In this document: positions 56,827 through 64,000 of the stretch, one piece after another
How the letters are laid out: every line of letters begins with the position of its first letter
Position numbering within the stretch: the stretch's first letter is position 1
Source of the DNA: Bacteroidales bacterium UBA5072
GTDB lineage: Bacteria; Bacteroidota; Bacteroidia; Bacteroidales; UBA10428
Direction of reading: 5' to 3'
NCBI GenBank assembly: GCA_002415855.1
Contig: DIAS01000162.1
Location: 3,647 to 67,646, forward strand
DNA length: 64,000 bases
Position numbers and translations under genes: made by a program
The notes under the pieces: model-generated
Databases searched by the model: none
Told to the model about the DNA's origin: nothing
The model's input: only the letters and a program-made list of their open reading frames with translations

Positions 56827-58044
56827 ATGATTCCCAATCTCGACATCCTGTCCCCTTCCCTTTCGTTCTGGTTAATGACCATATTGGGATTTGCAATTGC
56901 ACTTTTCATTACACATGCTTCAATCCCGTCGATTGTTTTGATCGCCAGGACAAAAAATCTTAATGCCACACCCAATGGCCGTACTTCCCATACGAATTCC
57001 ACACCGATTCTGGGCGGTGTTGTCATATTTGCCGGTTTTATTTTATCCACCATTATTGTTGCAGGGGGTCATTTCAACCATGAACTTGTTTACATTTTCT
57101 CCGGCCTCTTTATTCTTTTTATTGCAGGGCTGAAAGATGATATATTAGAACTTCATCCACACAGCAAACTTCTGGCACAAATTATAGCCACACTTCTGAT
57201 TGCCGTGCTGGCTGATATCAGGATCAATGATTTCCACGGCTTATTTGGTTTGCATGAAATTCCTTATCTGCCAAGCATTCTCATCACAATATTTGTTTTC
57301 ATTGTCATCATCAACGGTTTTAATCTCATTGACGGCATTGACGGACTTGCTGCCGGTGTTACCATTCTGACATCATCCATACTGGGCATTTGGTTCTGGA
57401 TGACAGGGAACGTTGCTTATACTGTAATGTGCTTCGCACTGGCAGGATCACTGGTTGCTTTCTTCCGTTACAATGTCTTTGGTAAAAAGAACAAGATTTT
57501 CATGGGTGATACTGGCTCACTCACCATTGGTCTCATCATGTCGATTTTAATAACCCGCTTTCTCCAGTTGGATCTTCATGTTGAAGGGAATATGGCCATT
57601 AATGCTGCGCCTGCCGTTGCTTTTGGACTGTTCATCATACCGCTTTATGATACGCTGCGTGTTTTTACGATCCGGATCAGTCAGGGCAAATCACCCTTTT
57701 CCGCTGACCGTCAGCATATCCACCACCGATTGTTGCAGCTTGGTCTTACGCATTTACAGACTACGCTGACACTACTCGCCGCCAACCTGGCATTTGTTGT
57801 GATGTGCTACGCCCTCCAGGGAATCGGAATCCTCTGGCTCATGATCGTTAATTTAGTTACTGCAACTGCATTGTCGTCCATCCTGGTGTATTTTGTCAAC
57901 CGGAAAAATGCAAAGGACATTATCAGCACCAAATTTGTCACTGCTGAAAATCTGGATGATATTTACAGAAAGAGAAAGGATCTGCGGCTACAACCCAATG
58001 TACCTGCTATGATAGGTGAAAGGAAAATAACCACAAGTGCTTGA
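56827..58044 (+). CDS. MraY/WecA family polyprenyl-phosphate N-acetylhexosamine-1-phosphate transferase (copy 2)
   Basis: It has the same motifs as copy 1. By eye it is roughly four-fifths identical in amino acids, diverging most at both termini. Confidence 0.87.
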   Translation: MIPNLDILSPSLSFWLMTILGFAIALFITHASIPSIVLIARTKNLNATPNGRTSHTNSTPILGGVVIFAGFILSTIIVAGGHFNHELVYIFSGLFILFIAGLKDDILELHPHSKLLAQIIATLLIAVLADIRINDFHGLFGLHEIPYLPSILITIFVFIVIINGFNLIDGIDGLAAGVTILTSSILGIWFWMTGNVAYTVMCFALAGSLVAFFRYNVFGKKNKIFMGDTGSLTIGLIMSILITRFLQLDLHVEGNMAINAAPAVAFGLFIIPLYDTLRVFTIRISQGKSPFSADRQHIHHRLLQLGLTHLQTTLTLLAANLAFVVMCYALQGIGILWLMIVNLVTATALSSILVYFVNRKNAKDIISTKFVTAENLDDIYRKRKDLRLQPNVPAMIGERKITTSA

Positions 58045-58126
58045 TTTTACTTACACAAGGCATGTCGTGCCGGCATAAGTACGGTTAATGCAGACCGGAT
58101 GCTTTTTCCCGGCAATACTTATCAAA

Positions 58127-58137
58127 TTGACCAACTT
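58127..58137 (-). promoter_or_regulatory. AAGTTGGTCAA motif in reverse orientation upstream of the wza-like gene
   Basis: The plus strand reads TTGACCAACTT. Its reverse complement, AAGTTGGTCAA, is an exact 11-mer match to 50924..50934. It lies 68-78 nt upstream of the ATG at 58205. Confidence 0.3.
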
Positions 58138-58204
58138 TATTTAATTTAGCACGTAAATAAATTTCAGCATTGCCCATTTCAGATAATTAATAAAATCTTA
58201 TCCC

Positions 58205-58984
58205 ATGAATACCAAAAAACAGTTCATAAAAGCTTTATTCCCTGTCCTATCGGTTGTAGTGCTCCTATTATCATCCTGTGCACCAATTGATAAGCTAAAA
58301 TATGTCGCAGATGTCTCACAAAGCAGTTCAATCAAAAATGATTTTTACAATGACAGAACTGAAAAGACCATCCAGCCTTATGATTATCTGTATGTCAAGA
58401 TCTTCAGTCTCGAAGAAAAAACCAACGCCATATTCAATGACAGAAACACCAACGTTGACAATGAATTATTAAGTTATTCGATAGATGGCAAGGGGAACAT
58501 CAGCCTTCCATTCATCGGTGATGTTTATGTCAAGGATCTTACTTTAAATCAGGCACGGGAAAAGATTGAAGCCGCTCTTGGAAACAGGCTGAATTATATT
58601 TCTGTTATTGTTCGGTTTGTAAGCAATAAGGTGACCGTGCTGGGAGAGGTTCAAATGCCCGGTCAGCATGCCTTTTTTGATGAAAAGATCAGCGTTTTTC
58701 AGGCGTTGGGATATGCCGGAGGCTCCTCAGATTACGGCAATTTATCGAATGTCACCCTGGTAAGAGAAAAAGACAATGTCATTAAATATTTTACTTTGGA
58801 CCTTACGAAAAAGAATATCGCCTCCTCAGAATACTTTTACCTGCTGCCCAACGATGTACTCATTATTAATCCAATTCCGGCAAAGTACAGAGATTTGAAG
58901 GATTATCCGCTGAATATTGCCGCGGTGACATTAACCTCGATATCAGCTTTGCTTTCGATTATTTTAATTGTTAATTCACTGTAA
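58205..58984 (+). CDS. polysaccharide export outer-membrane lipoprotein (Wza-like)
   Basis: The lipobox is LLLSSCAP. The Poly_export-type segment is GNISLPFIGDVYVKDLTLNQAREKIEAAL and the SLBB-like segment is VTVLGEVQMPGQHAF. Confidence 0.85.
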   Translation: MNTKKQFIKALFPVLSVVVLLLSSCAPIDKLKYVADVSQSSSIKNDFYNDRTEKTIQPYDYLYVKIFSLEEKTNAIFNDRNTNVDNELLSYSIDGKGNISLPFIGDVYVKDLTLNQAREKIEAALGNRLNYISVIVRFVSNKVTVLGEVQMPGQHAFFDEKISVFQALGYAGGSSDYGNLSNVTLVREKDNVIKYFTLDLTKKNIASSEYFYLLPNDVLIINPIPAKYRDLKDYPLNIAAVTLTSISALLSIILIVNSL

Positions 58985-59002
58985 AATCAATTAAAAATAC
59001 CC

Positions 59003-61459
59003 ATGAAAGAAGGTCAGGATTTATTTGCGAGCAATTTAGATTATAAGAAGCTGTTTCAAAAACTGTATTCTTACAGGAGAGCATACATAACCCTTGTTTT
59101 GGTTTTCCTTTTTGCGGCATTCCTCATGAATCGTTATTCAACCGTTAAGTACCGGAACACCACGATCTTAAATCTCAGTGATAAGAACAATGCGAGTTCT
59201 TTCAATTCCTCTGAAGATCTTTTTCAAAGTTTTGGATTGTTTAACACCAAGGAAAATATTGATAATGAACTGGAATTGCTGAAGTCCTTCACGCTCATCA
59301 AGAAGGTTATTTCCGAGACCGATATGGGAGTCACTTATTATGCTTATAGAAATACACCGCTTTCAGAATTTCTTTCGAAAACACCCCTTGTAAGAAAAAC
59401 TGAGTTATATACCCTTTCGCCGATTGAGGTTATTATTGATCAATCAGTTCCGCAGGCTTCGCTTGTGAACTTTCATGTTACCATATTAAATGATAACGAA
59501 TTTACGCTCAATGCTGATGGTGAAGATGTACCGCTTTATAATTACATCGATGACCAGATCGTATCCTATGTTGACAAGCTTACCTTCCGGCAGCGGTTCA
59601 AATTTGGTGATGAAATCAAAACGAGGTATTTCAACTTCCGGATACAAAAAACCAAAAACTTCTCGAAAGATTTTACCGATAATAACAACCTTTGTTTTTA
59701 TTTAAACAATATCAATTATCTCACATTGCAGTTTCAGGATGCGCTGAAGACCGAAACCATTAATGAAAGAGCCACACTGATCAAGATTTCGGTTACAGGT
59801 TCCAATCCTCATATGATTATTGATTTCCTGAATAATCTCACCGCTGCTTATCTGGGTAAAAGCCTTGAAAGAAAGAACAAAACAGCCCTCAGCACAATAG
59901 ATTTTATTGATTCACAAATTTCAGAAGTAGCAGATTCCCTGAATTATGCCGAATCATCCTTAAAGACCTTCCGCTCTGCACAGGGAGTGATGGACCTTAA
60001 TTTTCAGGGTCAGCAGGTATTTGAGCAGTTAGGCAAACTAGAAAATGACCGTGCGGCACTACAGGTGCAAAAGAGGTACTATGAAAGTTTAAGCACTTAT
60101 CTGGCTACGAATTCAGAAATATCGGATGTCATGGCACCCTCTTCGATGAACGTAGTTGATCCCATTCTTACCGGCCTCGTAACACAATTGATTGCTTTGA
60201 ACTCCGAGCGGGCCAGTTTGCTGAAGAATTCGACCAACCAGCAGAATCTTTATCTTTCTGATATCAACGTACGAATTGACAACATCAGGCAAACCATCAG
60301 AGAGACTGTAAAGAATAATCTCAATACAATCAACATGTCTCTTAATGAGATCAATTACAGAATGAACAGGGCCTCCGGTCAGATCGCCCAGATGCCAAAA
60401 ACTGAACTTCAATTGCGGGGTATTGAACGCAAGTTCAAACTCAGCGACGCAATGTATACCTTCCTGCTGCAGAAGCGTTCGGAAGCGCAAATAGCCAGGG
60501 CCTCCAGCATGCCCGATTATGAAGTGGTTGATCCTGCTATCCTGGCCATGTCGCGCGAGGTATCTCCCAAAAGAACGCTGAATTATTTGGGCGCCCTGGT
60601 TCTGGCATTTTTACTTCCTACGTTATTGATACTCATGAAAGACTTCATGAACAACAATATCACGGATGCCGATGAGGTTGAGCATCTAACCAATTACCCG
60701 ATACTGGGTCGGATTTTCCATAATTTCCACCGGTCCAAACAGATTGTCAATGATCACCCGAATTCATCGGTTACAGAATCGTTCCGGGCCGCCCGCACAA
60801 ATTTCCAATTTTTCTCCGAGGGCGGAAAGCGCCAGGTATTGTTGATCACCTCGTCAACCAGTGGTGAAGGAAAGACATTCTGTTCCATTAACCTGGGAAC
60901 GGTATTTGCTTTGAGCGGTCACAGGACCGTGTTGTTGGAGTTCGATCTCCGTAGGCCGAAGATCCACCAGGAATTTGGCTCGAGCAATATCATAGGGATC
61001 AGTTCATTTTTAATTGACAAAGCCAATATCGAGGATATCGTTCTGCCCACGCACATCGAAAACCTTGATCTGATCTCCGCAGGTCCGGCAGCTCCCAATC
61101 CGGCCGAATTGATCAACTCCGAACGTACAGGTGAGCTTATTGACAAGCTTAAGGAAATGTATGATTACATAATTATCGACTCAGCTCCGGCAGGTATTTT
61201 AACTGAAACCATGCTGCTGATGAAGCATACTGACCTGAATATTATGGTTGCCAGGATGGATAAGACCAACAGGGAGGCCTTCAAGACCGTTCTCAAATCA
61301 TTTGAAAACAGCCGGATCAATAATATATCTGTATTAATCAACGACCTGAACGTTAGGCGGGATTCCTACAAATATGGGTATGATAATAAATATTATACCG
61401 ATGACAGAAATGTCGGACTCCTTTCCAGACTTTTCCGTCGGAATAAGAAAGCTTCCTAA
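59003..61459 (+). CDS. polysaccharide co-polymerase / BY-tyrosine kinase (Wzc/GumC-like)
   Basis: There is an N-terminal TM segment, a long coiled periplasmic region and a second TM segment. The kinase domain has Walker A ITSSTSGEGKTF, A' VLLEFDLRRP and B IIIDSAP. The C-terminal Tyr cluster is SYKYGYDNKYYTDD. Confidence 0.87.
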   Translation: MKEGQDLFASNLDYKKLFQKLYSYRRAYITLVLVFLFAAFLMNRYSTVKYRNTTILNLSDKNNASSFNSSEDLFQSFGLFNTKENIDNELELLKSFTLIKKVISETDMGVTYYAYRNTPLSEFLSKTPLVRKTELYTLSPIEVIIDQSVPQASLVNFHVTILNDNEFTLNADGEDVPLYNYIDDQIVSYVDKLTFRQRFKFGDEIKTRYFNFRIQKTKNFSKDFTDNNNLCFYLNNINYLTLQFQDALKTETINERATLIKISVTGSNPHMIIDFLNNLTAAYLGKSLERKNKTALSTIDFIDSQISEVADSLNYAESSLKTFRSAQGVMDLNFQGQQVFEQLGKLENDRAALQVQKRYYESLSTYLATNSEISDVMAPSSMNVVDPILTGLVTQLIALNSERASLLKNSTNQQNLYLSDINVRIDNIRQTIRETVKNNLNTINMSLNEINYRMNRASGQIAQMPKTELQLRGIERKFKLSDAMYTFLLQKRSEAQIARASSMPDYEVVDPAILAMSREVSPKRTLNYLGALVLAFLLPTLLILMKDFMNNNITDADEVEHLTNYPILGRIFHNFHRSKQIVNDHPNSSVTESFRAARTNFQFFSEGGKRQVLLITSSTSGEGKTFCSINLGTVFALSGHRTVLLEFDLRRPKIHQEFGSSNIIGISSFLIDKANIEDIVLPTHIENLDLISAGPAAPNPAELINSERTGELIDKLKEMYDYIIIDSAPAGILTETMLLMKHTDLNIMVARMDKTNREAFKTVLKSFENSRINNISVLINDLNVRRDSYKYGYDNKYYTDDRNVGLLSRLFRRNKKAS

Positions 61460-61540
61460 TTCCTCATCCTGAATGATGTATGCAACAAAGAGGCGTGTAT
61501 TTTTCCGATATCTTCAGCAAATAAATAATCACGATATAAA

Positions 61541-62749
61541 ATGGAAAATTCAAAAGTATGCGTACTGGGCCTGGGTTATATAGGATTGCCGACGGCAGCC
61601 CTGCTGGCCACCAAAGGTTACAAAGTTCATGGTGTGGATGTCAAGCCTGATGTTGTTGAGACCATTAACAAAGGTTTGATTCATATCGTTGAACCGGAAC
61701 TGGATGCTTTTGTTAAATCAGCCGTGCAATCAGGAAACTTAAAGGCTTCCCTAAAACCTGATTTTGCAGATATTTTTATTATTACTGTACCCACCCCGGT
61801 TGAGGAAAACAATGATCCTGACATCTCATTTGTTATGGAGGCCGCAAATGCAATTATTCCCTATGTAAAGGAAGGCAATTACGTCATACTTGAATCTACA
61901 TCACCTATTGGAACTACGGAAAAACTGGTAAAGCTTTTTAAGGAAAAAGGCCTCGACACCGATGGTCTTCATTTCGCTTATTCACCTGAGCGTGTGCTTC
62001 CCGGACAAACCATGCGGGAACTCGTTGAAAACGATCGCATAGTCGGGGGTATAACCAAAGAAGCAGCCTTGCATGTAGCTTTGTTTTATGAATCATTTGT
62101 TCAGGGGAATGTGATCATCACCAATTCCAGAACGGCAGAAATGTCAAAGCTTACAGAGAATGCATGCCGCGATGTGAATATAGCTTTTGCCAACGAATTG
62201 TCCATTTTATGCGACAAGTTTGGGATTGATGTCTGGGAACTGATCAGCCTGGCCAATCGTCACCCGCGCATTAATATCCTAAAACCCGGCAGTGGTGTAG
62301 GCGGTCACTGCATTGCCATTGATCCCTGGTTTATTGTGGCTGAAGGAAAAGAAGATGCCCGGATAATCCGTACCGCCAGAGAAATCAACAACAACAAGCC
62401 CTTATGGGTAATAAACAAGGTTGAAAAAGCGGCAGCTGAATTCAGGCAAAAGAACAACAGGGATCCAAAAGTTGCCTGTATGGGTATAGCCTTCAAGCCA
62501 AACATTGATGACCTGCGGGAATCACCCTCGTTGTTCATCGTCAATAGTCTGATCAAAAGAGGATTGGATATTCTTGTGGCTGAGCCCAATGTTAAGAAGC
62601 ATAATAATCTGAAACTCACTGAATATCAGGAGGCTATTAAACAAGCAGATATCATACTCTTCCTTGTAGCCCACAAAGAATTCAAGACGGTTCTGGTACA
62701 AGAAGGAAAAACAGTCCTTGATATTTGTGGTATCAGGAGTAATTATTAA
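61541..62749 (+). CDS. wecC: UDP-N-acetyl-D-mannosamine dehydrogenase
   Basis: KVCVLGLGYIGLPTAALLATKGYKVHGVD, ...GGHCIAIDPWF... and the ~400-aa UDP-sugar dehydrogenase layout support the call. Adjacency to wecB favours ManNAc specificity. Confidence 0.82.
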   Translation: MENSKVCVLGLGYIGLPTAALLATKGYKVHGVDVKPDVVETINKGLIHIVEPELDAFVKSAVQSGNLKASLKPDFADIFIITVPTPVEENNDPDISFVMEAANAIIPYVKEGNYVILESTSPIGTTEKLVKLFKEKGLDTDGLHFAYSPERVLPGQTMRELVENDRIVGGITKEAALHVALFYESFVQGNVIITNSRTAEMSKLTENACRDVNIAFANELSILCDKFGIDVWELISLANRHPRINILKPGSGVGGHCIAIDPWFIVAEGKEDARIIRTAREINNNKPLWVINKVEKAAAEFRQKNNRDPKVACMGIAFKPNIDDLRESPSLFIVNSLIKRGLDILVAEPNVKKHNNLKLTEYQEAIKQADIILFLVAHKEFKTVLVQEGKTVLDICGIRSNY

Positions 62750-62757
62750 GCAGTTTC

Positions 62758-63903
62758 ATGAAGAAGATACTCATTGTTTTTGGAACAAGGCCCGAGGCTA
62801 TCAAAATGGCCCCGCTGGTTAAAGAATTTCAAAAACATCCTGATGCTTTCCTTACCAAAATATGTATAACCGCGCAGCACCGTGAGATGCTGGATCAGGT
62901 CCTGTCGATATTCGAAATTGTACCGGATTATGACCTTAACATCATGAAAGCCGGCCAGGATCTTTACGATATAACAAGCCGCGTTTTGATGGGCATGCGT
63001 GACGTATTGCAGGAATACAAACCTGACCTTCTCCTTGTTCATGGTGATACCACAACTTCATCCACCGCGGCCCTGGCTTCATTCTATCAGCAGATTCCTG
63101 TTGCACATATTGAAGCAGGACTCAGAACCGGCAATATATTTGCTCCCTGGCCCGAAGAGATGAACCGGATGCTAACACGCTGCCTGACGCAATTTCATTT
63201 TTCACCTACACCAACGTCGAGGGAGAACCTGTTAAAGGAGAATGTAAAAGCAGAAAACATCATCATTACCGGTAATACTGTAATTGACGCCCTCCATCTG
63301 ATACTTGAGAAGATACGGCTGAATCAGTCCCTGCATGATTATATTGCTAAGATCCTAACTGAAAAAGGCATTGAGATCAAAAAAGACAGAAAGATCATTC
63401 TTATCACCGGTCATCGCAGGGAAAACTTTGGACCCGGTTTTATCAACATATGCAATGCCATCAGGGAGATCGCCGTTTCACATCCTGATGTGGATCTTAT
63501 ATATCCCGTGCATTTGAATCCCAACGTGCAAAAGCCCGTCCATGACATACTCAATGGCCAGCCTAACATACTTCTGACTGATCCTTTGGAATATCTGCCA
63601 TTCATTTACCTGATGGAAAGATCGGACATCATCCTCACAGACAGCGGAGGTATTCAGGAGGAAGCGCCCAGCCTGGGTAAACCCGTACTGGTCATGCGCG
63701 ACACCACCGAACGTCCGGAGGCTGTTGAGGCAGGCACCGTAAAACTGGTAGGTACAGATAAGGAAAAGATCGTTGAAGAGTTAACCCTGCTCCTCGAGAG
63801 ATCAGCTTATTACCAGGCAATGGCAAAAGCACATAACCCTTACGGGGATGGTCTGGCATCAAAAAGGATAGTGGACTTTTTCATCAGCCATTTCTCCCTC
63901 TGA
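62758..63903 (+). CDS. wecB: UDP-N-acetylglucosamine 2-epimerase (non-hydrolysing)
   Basis: MKKILIVFGTRPEAIKMAPL...LLVHGDTTTS...HIEAGLRT...TDSGGIQEEAPSLGKPVLVMRDTTERPE are canonical WecB/MnaA motifs. Confidence 0.92.
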   Translation: MKKILIVFGTRPEAIKMAPLVKEFQKHPDAFLTKICITAQHREMLDQVLSIFEIVPDYDLNIMKAGQDLYDITSRVLMGMRDVLQEYKPDLLLVHGDTTTSSTAALASFYQQIPVAHIEAGLRTGNIFAPWPEEMNRMLTRCLTQFHFSPTPTSRENLLKENVKAENIIITGNTVIDALHLILEKIRLNQSLHDYIAKILTEKGIEIKKDRKIILITGHRRENFGPGFINICNAIREIAVSHPDVDLIYPVHLNPNVQKPVHDILNGQPNILLTDPLEYLPFIYLMERSDIILTDSGGIQEEAPSLGKPVLVMRDTTERPEAVEAGTVKLVGTDKEKIVEELTLLLERSAYYQAMAKAHNPYGDGLASKRIVDFFISHFSL

Positions 63904-64000
63904 TCCCCTTGTACAACTGGTCAACCTGATCGCTCTGATAGTATTGCCGGCTGTCAATATCCATCATGCTCAATACCCCGCCGGACCAACCGGCACCGGT
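63894..64000 (-). CDS. possible 3' end of an unidentified convergent gene (fragment)
   Basis: The minus strand is open from the window edge to a TGA at 63896..63894 and reads ...TGAGWSGGVLSMMDIDSRQYYQSDQVDQLYKGIRGRNG*. It overlaps the wecB 3' end by 10 bp. Only ~35 codons are visible, so this could be chance. Confidence 0.2.

Larger units (their letters stand above)
54941..58044 (+). repeat. tandem duplication (~1.63-kb unit) of a WecA-like gene together with ~260 bp of its upstream leader
   Basis: The start codons are 1628 bp apart (55199 and 56827). Upstream blocks recur, such as TTTATCACA (54941 and 56573), CTTTCATCAAA, ATTGATTCC(G/C)TTCATCCAAAA and AATTTCACTGATATGATTCCC/AATTTTCACTGATATGATTCCC. 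Confidence 0.8.

Noticed and set aside
1-64000. A mobile element or genomic-island boundary (integrase, transposase, tRNA target or flanking direct repeats) explaining the accessory locus.
   Set aside because: None of these is visible in the window. The AT-rich wzx/wzy genes hint at horizontal origin, but there is no direct evidence.

Overview
This 64-kb segment looks like a Bacteroidota chromosome. Nine predicted proteins end in T9SS (Por) C-terminal sorting domains, and several genes are preceded by TAnnTTTG -7 boxes. I saw no rRNA, tRNA, CRISPR array, transposase or integrase by eye.

The left ~15 kb is mostly housekeeping: a partial thrS that is missing from the ORF track, a fused ABC ATPase/permease, a lipoprotein, kup and rsmE. 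It also carries a 2,167-aa T9SS protein with an SGNH-like head and 20 tandem FN3 repeats.

From ~15.5 kb to the right edge there is one very large surface-glycan locus. It contains:
- a five-gene CDP-sugar cassette with a C-methyltransferase;
- about six glycosyltransferases;
- Wzy-like and Wzx-like membrane proteins;
- an acyltransferase and an acetyltransferase;
- a WecG/TagA-family transferase;
- a tandemly duplicated WecA/MraY-like initiating transferase;
- Wza and Wzc;
- WecC and WecB.

This locus is interrupted by T9SS cargo genes. The most unusual content is a six-member paralogous family, with five genes in tandem at 30.6-44.7 kb and one inverted copy at 20.8-23.0 kb. Each member combines a ~180-aa aromatic-rich N-terminal domain (8 copies) that I cannot assign to a named family, a ~73-aa Pro-bounded 'YFR' module (35 copies), an Ig-like 'VTNG' domain and a T9SS CTD. 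The 14-module member contains an 876-bp higher-order repeat present three times. Two members sit next to paralogous SAM methyltransferases.

A short motif (TTGGTCAAAT and variants) recurs in promoter-proximal intergenic DNA across the locus, including a triplet with exact 21-bp phasing. It may mark a shared regulator. All functional assignments come from reading motifs in the translations. No database search was run.
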